NCBI GenBank assembly: GCA_031267825.1
Contig: JAIRYJ010000015.1
Coordinates: 9,487 to 73,486 of the forward strand
Direction: 5' to 3'
DNA: 64,000 nucleotides
Origin: Bifidobacteriaceae bacterium
GTDB taxonomy: Bacteria > Actinomycetota > Actinomycetes > Actinomycetales > WQXJ01
Positions 44,314 through 53,606 of the stretch are shown here, piece after piece (positions within the stretch are counted from its first letter, which is position 1; each line of letters begins with the position of its first letter). The position numbers and the translations under genes were made by a program. The notes beneath the pieces were generated by a model. It was not told where the DNA came from, did not search any database, and saw only the letters and a program-made list of their open reading frames with translations.

Positions 44314-45621
44314 ATGACGATCCGTCCCGGAGACCAACAGCAAAGCGCGGCTGAACTGAGCCAGTCGTGGCAGACCGACCCGCGCTGGGCTGACGCCGAA
44401 CGCACCTATACGGCGGCTGACGTGATCGCCTTACGCGGCTCCTTCCAGGAGGATCACACCTTAGCCCGGCGCGGCGCGGAACGGCTCTGGGAATTGCTCC
44501 ATGTGGAACCTTACGTCCACGCTCTTGGCGCCCTGACCGGCAATATGGCCGTCCAGCAGGTCAAGGCCGGGCTCAAAGCGATCTACTTGTCGGGCTGGCA
44601 GGTCGCGGCGGACGCCAACCTGTCCGGCCAGACCTATCCTGACCAGTCGCTCTATCCGGCTAACTCAGTGCCGGCGATTGTCCGCCGGATCAACAACGCG
44701 CTGGAACGGGCTGATCAAGTCGAGTTCATTGAGACCGGCCGGGCGGTGCGTGACTGGTTCGCGCCAATAGTGGCTGACGCCGAGGCCGGATTCGGCGGCG
44801 AACTGAACGCCTACGAGCTGATGAAAGCCATGATCGAGGCTGGTGCGGCCGGAGTCCACTGGGAAGATCAACTAGCTTCAGCCAAGAAATGCGGCCATAT
44901 GGGCGGGAAGGTTCTGATCCCGACCGGGCAACATATCCGCACCCTGAACGCTGCCCGCCTAGCGGCCGATGTGGCTGGCGTGCCGTCAGTCCTGATCGCC
45001 CGGACCGATTCGCTTGGCGCGGACCTGATCACATCTGACATCGACCAGCGTGACCAGCCGTTCCTGACGGGTGAACGAACAGCTGAAGGTTTTTATCGCA
45101 CCCGGCCCGGCCTGGAGGCTGTCATTGCCCGGGGCAAGGCTTACGCGCCTTACGCTGATCTGCTTTGGGTTGAAACAGCCACACCAGATCTGGACCTGGC
45201 CCGGCGGTTCGCTGAAGCGATTCACGCTGTTTACCCTGGCAAGTTCTTGGCCTACAACTGTTCGCCGTCTTTCAACTGGCGAGCCAAGCTGGATGACGCC
45301 ACGATCGCTAAGTTCCAGCGCGAACTCGGTGCCATGGGTTACAAGTTCCAGTTCATCACCTTGGCTGGTTTCCACGCCTTGAACTATTCGATGTTTGATT
45401 TAGCTGACGGCTACCGTGATCGCGGTATGAGCGCCTACGTGGAACTCCAGACCAAGGAGTTCGAGGCTGAATCGCGTGGTTACAGCGCGACCCGTCACCA
45501 GCGTGAGGTCGGCACTGGGTATTTCGACAAGATCGCCACAACGCTCAATCCGCGAGCCGCCACCACCGCCCTGAGCGGATCAACTGAGGCCGCCCAGTTC
45601 TACGCCGCCACCAGCCGGTGA
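44314..45621 (+). CDS. aceA: Isocitrate lyase
   Basis: 435 aa with the signature [11 protein letters not shown]. Confidence 0.96.
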   Translation: MTIRPGDQQQSAAELSQSWQTDPRWADAERTYTAADVIALRGSFQEDHTLARRGAERLWELLHVEPYVHALGALTGNMAVQQVKAGLKAIYLSGWQVAADANLSGQTYPDQSLYPANSVPAIVRRINNALERADQVEFIETGRAVRDWFAPIVADAEAGFGGELNAYELMKAMIEAGAAGVHWEDQLASAKKCGHMGGKVLIPTGQHIRTLNAARLAADVAGVPSVLIARTDSLGADLITSDIDQRDQPFLTGERTAEGFYRTRPGLEAVIARGKAYAPYADLLWVETATPDLDLARRFAEAIHAVYPGKFLAYNCSPSFNWRAKLDDATIAKFQRELGAMGYKFQFITLAGFHALNYSMFDLADGYRDRGMSAYVELQTKEFEAESRGYSATRHQREVGTGYFDKIATTLNPRAATTALSGSTEAAQFYAATSR

Positions 45622-45627
45622 TGACCC

Positions 45628-45717
45628 AGGGTGATTGCACAGGTGATTGCCCAGGGTGATAGCCCGGGGTAATAGCCCGGGGTGATAGCCCGGGGTGATA
45701 GCCCGGGTGAATGCCCA
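45628..45717. repeat. About 7 tandem copies of a 12-13-nt unit (GGGTGATAGCCCG)
   Basis: The repeat starts 7 nt after the aceA stop and ends about 48 nt before the preferred aceB start. Confidence 0.85.
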
Positions 45718-45764
45718 ATCAGACGCGCCGAACCACCAAACCAGATCAGGAGATATCCACTGCC

Positions 45765-47426
45765 ATGACCACTCAAGCCACCACCGCCCGCGGCCAGATC
45801 CGAATCAAAGGCGCCCTGGGCAAGCGTTACAGCGAAATCCTGACACCAGGTGCGATGGACTTCTTGACGGCCTTACATGAGAACTTCGCTTACCGCCGTC
45901 TTGAACTACTTGAGCGCCGCCAAAGCTTCCAGAACGCCATCGACGGCGGCGCCATGCCGCAGTTCTTGCGTGAAACTGAGGCGATCAGGTCAGACCCGGC
46001 CTGGCAGGTCGCCTCACTGGCCCCAGGCCTGACCGACCGGCGGGTTGAGATCACCGGGCCAACCGATCCTAAGATGACGATCAACGCCTTGAATTCTGGA
46101 GCTAAGGTCTGGTTAGCGGATTTTGAGGACGCCCTCAGCCCAACTTGGCCTAACGTCATTGAAGGCCAGCTCTCATTGAAGGACGCCATCCGGGGACGCC
46201 TTGAGTTCACCAGCCCTGAAGGCAAGCATTACGCCGTCAAATCAGGTGACATCAAGGACCTGCCAACTATTGTGGTCCGTCCCAGAGGCTGGCACCTGCT
46301 AGAGAAACACTTGCGCTACTTCGCCCCTTCTGGTTTCTCTCAGTCTGTGCCAGGGGCGCTAGTGGACTTCGGCTTGTATTTCTTCCACAACGCCATTGAA
46401 CTGATCAGCCGCGGCCGGGGACCTTACTTCTATCTGCCGAAACTCCAATCCCATAAGGAGGCCCGGCTGTGGAATGACATTTTCAACTGGGCGCAGGACC
46501 GTCTTGGCGTTCCAGTCGGCACAATCCGTGCGACAGTGCTGATCGAGACGCTGCCAGCGGCTTTCGAGATGGATGAGATTCTCTACGAGTTGCGCTCCCA
46601 TTCGTCTGGCCTTAACGCCGGGCGCTGGGATTACATGTTCTCCATCATCAAGACACTGCGCCACAAAGGTAAGGCCTATGTTCTGCCGGATCGGGCTCAG
46701 ATCACCATGACTCAGCCGTTCATGCGGGCTTACACCGAACTGTTGGTCAAGACCTGTCACCGCCGCGGCGCCTCCGCCATAGGCGGGATGAGCGCGTTCA
46801 TTCCGAACCGGCGCGACCCAGAGGTCACCGCTGAAGCCTTCCGGCAGGTGCGGGCCGATAAGTTGCGCGAGGCCCAGGACGGTTTTGATGGCACATGGGT
46901 GGCACACCCTGACCTGATAACGGTGGCCCAAGAAGAGTTCGACAACGTCTTGGGTGAAAGCCCTAATCAGATCTCCCGGCAGCGCCCGGATGTGACAGTC
47001 AGCCAAGGCGACCTGCTAGACATTGACGCCGCCCGGCGGGCGGGCGCTAGCGTCACGTCCGGCGGTTTGCGGACCAACATTTCAGTTGGTATCCGCTACT
47101 TGGAGAACTGGTTACGTGGCAATGGCGCCGCCGCGATCGACAACCTGATGGAGGACGTCGCGACAGCTGAGATTTCACGTTCCCAGGTTTGGCAGTGGAT
47201 CGCCGCTGGCGCTTCGACGGCCTCGGGAGCTGTTATCACCCGGGACCGGGTGGCGGCCTTGATCCGGGAAATCGCCGACGATTTGGAGAAGTTCCCGGGC
47301 AACAAGTACCTCCAGGCGACGGACGCTTTCAAGGCGCTGACCTTAGGTGATGATTTCCCGGCGTTCTTGACGATCGGGGCTTACAGTTCCTATCTGATCG
47401 GGTCAGATGCCGATCAGCCCGCCTGA
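45765..47426 (+). CDS. aceB: Malate synthase A
   Basis: The start was moved to ATG 45765 (MTTQATTARG..), which parallels the E. coli AceB N-terminus MTEQATTT. It contains DRRVEITGP and SGLNAGRWDYMFS. The track start at 45711 lies in the tandem repeat. Confidence 0.93.
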   Translation: MTTQATTARGQIRIKGALGKRYSEILTPGAMDFLTALHENFAYRRLELLERRQSFQNAIDGGAMPQFLRETEAIRSDPAWQVASLAPGLTDRRVEITGPTDPKMTINALNSGAKVWLADFEDALSPTWPNVIEGQLSLKDAIRGRLEFTSPEGKHYAVKSGDIKDLPTIVVRPRGWHLLEKHLRYFAPSGFSQSVPGALVDFGLYFFHNAIELISRGRGPYFYLPKLQSHKEARLWNDIFNWAQDRLGVPVGTIRATVLIETLPAAFEMDEILYELRSHSSGLNAGRWDYMFSIIKTLRHKGKAYVLPDRAQITMTQPFMRAYTELLVKTCHRRGASAIGGMSAFIPNRRDPEVTAEAFRQVRADKLREAQDGFDGTWVAHPDLITVAQEEFDNVLGESPNQISRQRPDVTVSQGDLLDIDAARRAGASVTSGGLRTNISVGIRYLENWLRGNGAAAIDNLMEDVATAEISRSQVWQWIAAGASTASGAVITRDRVAALIREIADDLEKFPGNKYLQATDAFKALTLGDDFPAFLTIGAYSSYLIGSDADQPA

Positions 47427-47582
47427 TCGTTACCCGCCTGATCCTAGCCCTAACCCGGGCCCTGACCCGGGCCCTGACACGCCAACCGGTTGCTGCTGAA
47501 AAGCTGTCTCCGACTGTGTCGCACGCGGTGAGAGCGAAGCTGTCACCAGCGAAGACGCGGCAGGCGAGCATAGTGCTGTGCC

Positions 47583-47610
47583 TGGGTCCGTGGTGAAAAC
47601 CACGGACCCA
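47583..47610 (+). terminator. 12-bp hairpin with GAAA loop (TGGGTCCGTGGT-gaaa-ACCACGGACCCA), terminator-like and without a U-tract
   Basis: It lies about 155 nt downstream of aceB. Related CCGTGGT..ACCACGG hairpins occur at 12197-12216 and 35366-35382. Confidence 0.35.
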
Positions 47611-47695
47611 GCTTTAGCCATACAATCTTCTGACACAAACAACGCCCGCAGGCCGCGCCGGCCACCGGGCCCGATCAACAAGCTGGAGCTAGCAG

Positions 47696-48715
47696 GTGAC
47701 AATGAAGCCGCGGCGCGGCCGCGCGGTCACGCTTAACCAGGTGGCCCGCACCGCTGGGGTTTCGTTGGCGACCGCTTCGCGGGCCTTGAACGGTGGCATC
47801 GCCTCACCAAGAGCCATCGCTGCGGTCAACCGGGCTGTCGCCCAGCTAGGGTTTGTGCCGAACCGGGCGGCCCGCACTTTGGCTCGCCAGAAAACTGACG
47901 CGATTGCCCTGGTCATCCCGGAAGACCCGGCTTTCTTGTTTTACGACCCGTTCCTGACCCGGGCGACCCACGCCATCGCGGCCGAGTTTTGGCGAGCCAA
48001 CTTGCAACCGTTGCTGCTTTTGATGGATCCCGCCGAACCGCTCACCAATGTGGCTCACTTCCTCCATTCCGGCAACGTTGACGGCCTTGTTGTGGCGTCG
48101 TTTCATGACAATCCGGCAATGGAACACAAGCTTGAAGAGACTGGTTTGCCGGTTGTTTTTGTTGGCCGGGCACCATCTGGTGAGAACTTCCCGTGGGTTG
48201 ACGTTGACGGTGTCCAGGGTGGCTACTTGGCGACTAAACACATGCTTGAGCACGGCCGGCGGCACATCGCGATGGTTGGCGGTCCGGCCTCAATGAACGC
48301 CACAGCCGACCGTCAAGCTGGTTTCTTGAAAGCCCACCAAGAGGCTGGTGTTGAACCCGGACCGGCCTTAACTGAGGTGTTTGACCAGGCTTGGGGTGCG
48401 CGCGCGGCGACTTTACTGGTGGAGCGCTACCCCGCCTTGGATGGAGTTTTCGCCCAGTCGGATCCAATCGCGGCGGGTTTGTTGCAGGGTTTGCGTCAGG
48501 CCGGTCGGAGGGTGCCCGATGACGTCGCAGTGGTTGGGTTCGACGATTTTGAAACAGCCACCTCGGTTTTCCCGCACTTGACCACTGTTCGTAATCCGGT
48601 GGCTGAACTGTCACGGGCCGCCGCCGCGTTGCTGATCGGTTACCTGGAACAGGGTAAATGGAGTGACTGGCCAGTCATTTTGCCGGCCGAACTGGTGATC
48701 CGTCAATCCGCCTGA
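47696..48715 (+). CDS. LacI family transcriptional regulator
   Basis: N-terminal HTH VTLNQVARTAGVSLATASRALNG and a periplasmic-binding-protein-like effector domain. Confidence 0.9.
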   Translation: MTMKPRRGRAVTLNQVARTAGVSLATASRALNGGIASPRAIAAVNRAVAQLGFVPNRAARTLARQKTDAIALVIPEDPAFLFYDPFLTRATHAIAAEFWRANLQPLLLLMDPAEPLTNVAHFLHSGNVDGLVVASFHDNPAMEHKLEETGLPVVFVGRAPSGENFPWVDVDGVQGGYLATKHMLEHGRRHIAMVGGPASMNATADRQAGFLKAHQEAGVEPGPALTEVFDQAWGARAATLLVERYPALDGVFAQSDPIAAGLLQGLRQAGRRVPDDVAVVGFDDFETATSVFPHLTTVRNPVAELSRAAAALLIGYLEQGKWSDWPVILPAELVIRQSA

Positions 48716-48886
48716 CGGTTCAACCAGAACCGTCGCGGGGCGGATGGTCTGTTGCTGGGGGATTGGGTGCGGTTAGCTGACCCGCGGTTTGACTGTTGAC
48801 CTGGGTGGTGCGGGCTGGCCGCGCCAAGGAACCGACCAACCTCAATGCCCAACACCAGCCCGGCTGGGCGTGGGAGAATTCGGTTT

Positions 48887-49966
48887 ATGCGTGTTTACAA
48901 TTTCTCCGCCGGGCCAGCTATGCTCCCGTTGCCTGCCCTTGAACGAGCCCAAGCCGAACTAACCGACTGGCAGGGCTCCGGCATGTCCGTCATGGAGGTT
49001 TCACATCGCGGCAAGGCTTTCATCGCCTGCGCGGCGCATGCCGAAGAGTCACTGCGTGAACTGCTGTCCATTCCGAGCGACTACCGGGTGCTGTTCCTGC
49101 AAGGCGGGGCGACCGCCCAATTCGCCGCCATCCCGATGAACCTAACCGCTCCTGGCGCCAAAGTGGCTTACATCAAAACCGGTCAGTGGTCCGGCAAAGC
49201 GATCGCCGCGGCCAAGGCGCAAGCTGTCAGCGTTGAGACGGTGGCGGATGAGTCCGCCAGTGGTTACACCACCGTCCCGGCGGCCGACCAATACGTTGTC
49301 CCGGCCGATGCGGCTTACCTTCATTACACCCCGAACGAAACAATCGGCGGCGTTGAGTTCAACTACGTGCCGGAGGCTGGCGGATCGCCAATCGTGGCGG
49401 ACATGTCCTCAACGATTCTGTCGCAACCGATTGATGTTTCCCGGTTTGGTGTGATCTACGCCGGTGCCCAGAAGAACATGGGGCCAGCTGGGCTGGCCGT
49501 TGTGATCGTGCGGGATGATTTGCTTGGCCGGGCCAGGCCAACCACACCAGCCGTGATGGACTTCACTCAGATGGCGGCCAGCGGTTCAATGCTCAACACG
49601 CCGCCTACTTTCTCGATCTACCTGTTAGGGCTAATCCTGGACTGGATCAAGCAAGAAGGCGGCCTGGCAGAGATGGCGGCCCGCAACCAAGCCAAGTCTG
49701 AGGCTCTTTACAGCGCGATTGACTCATCTAGTTTCTATTCCAATCCGGTAGTCCTGGACGCCCGGTCACGCCTCAACGTGCCGTTCACCTTGGCTGACCC
49801 GTCACTTGACGGCGAGTTCTTGGCTGGTGGCGAAGCGGCCGGCCTGACAAACCTTAAGGGTCACCGTTCAGTTGGCGGAATGAGGGCTAGCATGTACAAC
49901 GCCATGCCGCTGGCCGGTACCAAAGCCTTGATTGATTACATGGAAGCATTTGCCCGCGGCCGCTAG
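48887..49966 (+). CDS. serC: Phosphoserine aminotransferase
   Basis: The ATG at 48887 has GGGAGA upstream. The N-terminus is MRVYNFSAGPAMLP. The protein is class V aminotransferase-like throughout. Confidence 0.9.
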   Translation: MRVYNFSAGPAMLPLPALERAQAELTDWQGSGMSVMEVSHRGKAFIACAAHAEESLRELLSIPSDYRVLFLQGGATAQFAAIPMNLTAPGAKVAYIKTGQWSGKAIAAAKAQAVSVETVADESASGYTTVPAADQYVVPADAAYLHYTPNETIGGVEFNYVPEAGGSPIVADMSSTILSQPIDVSRFGVIYAGAQKNMGPAGLAVVIVRDDLLGRARPTTPAVMDFTQMAASGSMLNTPPTFSIYLLGLILDWIKQEGGLAEMAARNQAKSEALYSAIDSSSFYSNPVVLDARSRLNVPFTLADPSLDGEFLAGGEAAGLTNLKGHRSVGGMRASMYNAMPLAGTKALIDYMEAFARGR

Positions 49967-49972
49967 CAACCA

Positions 49973-50191
49973 CTAGGAGGGTGTCGCACAACACCCTTCG
50001 CGGCCCGCGTTTCCGTGGGTCAGCCCAGCGCTGACCCACGGAAACGCGGGAATCGGGTGTCGGCTGTGGACCTAGGGACCTGTTATCCGACAGGCTCCCA
50101 GAACCGTGGTCAAAGCCTCCGCTCTAGACAGTTCCACATCCTTTACCAGCCGCGTTTTCGCTGGTGAGAGCTTAGCTCTTGGCGCGTCAAC
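49973..50191. repeat. Dispersed modular palindromic element cluster (A, perfect 19-bp hairpin variant of B, C, B)
   Basis: Module A is at 49973-50000. A perfect hairpin at 50006-50048 reads cgcgtttccgtgggtcagc-ccagc-gctgacccacggaaacgcg. Module C is at 50071-50100. A B-like module is at 50150-50191. Confidence 0.85.
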
Positions 50192-50233
50192 TTTGGCTGC
50201 GAAGGTTACTAGCGCACTTTAGTTAGGAAACTC

Positions 50234-51403
50234 ATGACTCTGCGAATCCGTACCATGAACTCGATCAGCCCGACTGGCCTGGCCCGTTTCCCGGCCGGGC
50301 GTTACGTGATTGACCCGCAATGCGCCGATCCGGATGCGATCCTTCTGCGATCCGCCATCTTGCATGGCCAGGCGATTCCGTCTTCGTTGCTGGCCGTGGC
50401 ACGGGCCGGGGCGGGCACCAATAACATCCCCATCCCAGAGTTCACCGCCCTGGGGATTCCGGTGTTCAACACCCCTGGAGCCAACGCCAACGCCGTCAAA
50501 GAGCTGGTAGTGGCGGCCCTGTTCTTGGCCGCCCGCAACATCATTCCAGCGGCTGCCTTCGCCCACCGGTTAGATGGCGGCAGCGATGAAATGAACAAGG
50601 CGGTTGAAGCCGGCAAGAAGACCTTCGCTGGGTTTGAACTGCCGGGCCGCACCTTGGGTGTGATTGGCCTTGGGGCGATCGGGGTTGAGGTGGCGAACGC
50701 CGCCTCCAGCTTAGGTATGCGGGTTATCGGGTTTGACCCGGCCGTCACAGTTGAACACGCCTGGAAGCTCTCACCCCTGGTGGAGCGCATCACCAGCCTG
50801 GATGAGTTGCTCCGGCGGGCCGATATTGTGACAGTTCACGTGCCTCTAACTCCAGGCACGCGCGGGCTGATCGGTGCCGATCAGCTTGAGGCGATGCATG
50901 GTTCAGCCGTTTTGATCAACTTCGCCCGCGGTCCAATCGTTGATGAGGACGCCGTTGTGGCGGCACTTGAGGGCGGCCGACTGCGCGGCTATGTCTGTGA
51001 TTTTCCAACCCCAGCCCTGAACCGGCGCGACCGGGTTGTAACCCTGCCACACCTTGGCGCCTCAACCGGTGAAGCTGAAGAAAACTGTGCCGTGATGGCG
51101 GTTGACCAGCTGCGCGCCTACCTCGAAGACGGAATAGTCCACAACTCAGTCAACTTCCCTGAAGCTGACTTGCCGCGCTCCGGCAGCACCGAACGTCTGG
51201 CGATCGTCAACCCGAACGTTCACGGTATGGTGGGGCAGATTTCAACTCTGGTGGCCCAGGCCGGGTTGAACATCGCTGACCTGCTCAACAAGTCACGCGG
51301 CGAGATCGCCTACACCTTAGTTGATGTTGACGGCCGGATCCCGCCTGAACTGGTAGCTCAAGTCCAAGCCATTGACGGCGTACTGGCCGTCCGCGCGATC
51401 TAA
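50234..51403 (+). CDS. serA: D-3-phosphoglycerate dehydrogenase (short form with C-terminal ACT domain)
   Basis: 2-hydroxyacid dehydrogenase NAD-binding motif GVIGLGAIG, the catalytic region and an ACT-like C-terminus. It is adjacent to serC. Confidence 0.85.
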   Translation: MTLRIRTMNSISPTGLARFPAGRYVIDPQCADPDAILLRSAILHGQAIPSSLLAVARAGAGTNNIPIPEFTALGIPVFNTPGANANAVKELVVAALFLAARNIIPAAAFAHRLDGGSDEMNKAVEAGKKTFAGFELPGRTLGVIGLGAIGVEVANAASSLGMRVIGFDPAVTVEHAWKLSPLVERITSLDELLRRADIVTVHVPLTPGTRGLIGADQLEAMHGSAVLINFARGPIVDEDAVVAALEGGRLRGYVCDFPTPALNRRDRVVTLPHLGASTGEAEENCAVMAVDQLRAYLEDGIVHNSVNFPEADLPRSGSTERLAIVNPNVHGMVGQISTLVAQAGLNIADLLNKSRGEIAYTLVDVDGRIPPELVAQVQAIDGVLAVRAI

Positions 51404-51412
51404 GGAAACATC

Positions 51413-52456
51413 ATGCCCACCAAAGTCAAAGCCCTGGCCACGGCTGGCCCTCAGGCTCAATTCCAACGCACCACGATTGAACGGCGTGACCCCGGACCGG
51501 ATGAGGTTGTGATCGCCATCCAATACGCCGGCATTTGTCATTCCGACATTCACACAGCCCGCGACGAATGGGACGGAACAACCTATCCGCTGGTGCCCGG
51601 ACATGAGATCGCTGGGATTGTTACCGCGACCGGTCCTGAGGTGACCAAGTATCGAATCGGGCAACGAGTCGGAGTTGGTTGTTTTGTTGATTCATGCGGC
51701 CAGTGTGAACACTGCCGTTTGGGTGAGGAAAACGCCTGCCTCGAAAAGACCATCTGGACCTATAACGATCAGGGCCGCGACGGCCAGCCAACCCATGGCG
51801 GTTATTCGCAGCAGATCGTGGTGCGCCAGGATTACGTCCTGCGGATCCCTGATTCGATCCCTTTGGACCGGGCCGCACCACTGCTCTGCGCCGGGATCAC
51901 ACCTTATTCGCCGCTCGCCCGCTATGGTGCCGGACCAGGCAAGAAGGTCGCCATCATTGGTTTGGGTGGTTTAGGACATATGGGTGTGCAAATCGCCCAC
52001 GCCATGGGCGCTGAGGTGACGGTCCTGTCCCGGACTTTAGGCAAACAAGCTGACGGTTTGGCGCTGGGCGCCTCAGCCTATTACGCGACATCTGATCCGG
52101 CGACGTTTGACAAGCTCAAAGGATCATTTGATCTGATCATTTCGAGTGTCAGCGACGATATTGAGGTCGATTCTTACGTCAAATTGCTGCGCCTAGGTGG
52201 TGCGCTGGTGTTCATTGGCTTGCCGCCGAAGCAACAGTCGTTCAAAGTTGGTGTCCTGTGCAACGGTCATCGGATAATCACTGGATCTAATATCGGTGGG
52301 ATTGGCGCCACCCAAGAGATGCTTGATTTCTGCGCTGAACATGGCATCGCGGCTCAGATCGAACTGATCACAGCCGATCAGGTGAGCGCCACCTATGACC
52401 GAGTCGTAGCGGGTGATGTCCACTTCCGGGCGGTGATTGATCTGGCCACCCTCTAA
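51413..52456 (+). CDS. Zinc-dependent NAD(P) alcohol dehydrogenase (cinnamyl-ADH/AdhC-like)
   Basis: GICHSDIH, GHEIAGIV, the structural-zinc motif CGQCEHCRLGEENAC and GLGGLGH. Confidence 0.9.
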   Translation: MPTKVKALATAGPQAQFQRTTIERRDPGPDEVVIAIQYAGICHSDIHTARDEWDGTTYPLVPGHEIAGIVTATGPEVTKYRIGQRVGVGCFVDSCGQCEHCRLGEENACLEKTIWTYNDQGRDGQPTHGGYSQQIVVRQDYVLRIPDSIPLDRAAPLLCAGITPYSPLARYGAGPGKKVAIIGLGGLGHMGVQIAHAMGAEVTVLSRTLGKQADGLALGASAYYATSDPATFDKLKGSFDLIISSVSDDIEVDSYVKLLRLGGALVFIGLPPKQQSFKVGVLCNGHRIITGSNIGGIGATQEMLDFCAEHGIAAQIELITADQVSATYDRVVAGDVHFRAVIDLATL

Positions 52457-52487
52457 CAGGCCAACCCAACCAAGGCGGGCCCGGCAC

Positions 52488-52566
52488 GGCTACCCGGGTG
52501 CGCCAACCCAGCGCGGCTACCCGGCTACCCGGGTGCGCCAACCCAGCGCGGCTACCCGGGTGCGCC
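52488..52566. repeat. About 2.8 tandem copies of a 27-nt unit (GGCTACCCGGGTGCGCCAACCCAGCGC)
   Basis: Units start at 52488, 52515 (with an 8-nt internal duplication) and 52550. The repeat lies between the convergent adh and ddl genes. Confidence 0.85.
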
Positions 52567-52610
52567 GCTAACCAAGGATCCCGGCGGCGGCCAGGCCAAC
52601 AAAGAACCCG

Positions 52611-53561
52611 TCAGGCGGGCGATGGCGGAGCCGCGATCGAAGCTTCGGCCAGAGCCTGGTACAAGCTCGGCAAGGACCAACCGGCCGCCGCCGCGGCCTG
52701 CGGCAGTAATGATGTCTCTTGCATACCTGGAGCGACATTGACTTCCAGGAACCAAGGCAGGCTCTCCTGGCTGACGATCAGATCAGTCCGGGAAATCCGG
52801 GCCAACCCCAACGTCTGATGAGCTGACAGCGCTAGTTGAGCGGCGGCATCGGCCACCTCTTGAGACACCCGAGCGGGCGTGAAAAACTCGGTCCGCCCCG
52901 GGTTGTAGCGGGCGTCGTAATCGTATGGGCCGTCACTGGCGATCTCAACCGGCGGCAAAGCGACCGGCCCGTCGCCAGTGTCAACCACCGAAACAGCCAA
53001 CTCGGTACCTAAGACAGTCCGTTCAATTAGCGCCACATCACTGTAAGCGAAACAACTCATCATGGCTTGCGGCAAGGCGTCGGGCTGCCTGACCCGTGTC
53101 ACGCCCAGCGCCGAACCGCCATGCAATGGCTTAACTACCAGGTCATCACCCAATTTGCCGGTAACCAGCTGGAGCAAAGCGGCTGCCCCAAGTTCGCGGA
53201 AAAGCGACTGCGGCAATGTCACATAGTCCGGTGTGGCGGCCCCCGCCCGGCGCATCAAAGTCTTGGCGACAGCTTTGTTCCAAGCCACACGCGAAGCCCG
53301 CGGATCAGATCCAAGGTAAGGCTGGCCAAGTAGTTCCAGCACGTCACGGACTGAACCGTCCTCACCTTGGGCGCCGTGCAACAAGGGCCAGACCAGGTCC
53401 ACTGGTGTGGCCGCCAGCCGCTCCAGCAGGTGTGAATCAAGATCAGCTGTCATCACCTCCAGCCCGGCTTGGCGCAACGCCTCCGCCACCCGCCGCCCGG
53501 ACCGCAACGACACGTCCCGTTCGTGGCTCAAACCTCCAGCCAGCACCAGTACCTTGGTCAC
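52611..53561 (-). CDS. ddl: D-alanine--D-alanine ligase
   Basis: N-terminus KVLVLAGGLSHERDVSLRSG and an ATP-grasp body. Confidence 0.92.
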   Translation of the reverse strand: MTKVLVLAGGLSHERDVSLRSGRRVAEALRQAGLEVMTADLDSHLLERLAATPVDLVWPLLHGAQGEDGSVRDVLELLGQPYLGSDPRASRVAWNKAVAKTLMRRAGAATPDYVTLPQSLFRELGAAALLQLVTGKLGDDLVVKPLHGGSALGVTRVRQPDALPQAMMSCFAYSDVALIERTVLGTELAVSVVDTGDGPVALPPVEIASDGPYDYDARYNPGRTEFFTPARVSQEVADAAAQLALSAHQTLGLARISRTDLIVSQESLPWFLEVNVAPGMQETSLLPQAAAAAGWSLPSLYQALAEASIAAPPSPA

Positions 53562-53606
53562 AGTTCGCTCCTTTGTTTGTCCGATGCCGTCCGCCCGGCC
53601 TAGTTG

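Noticed and set aside
45628-45717. The short tandem arrays at 45628-45717, 52488-52566 and 11701-11838 were considered as a possible CRISPR array.
   Set aside because: The units are directly abutting with no unique spacers. The unit lengths and copy numbers are wrong, and no cas genes are present.
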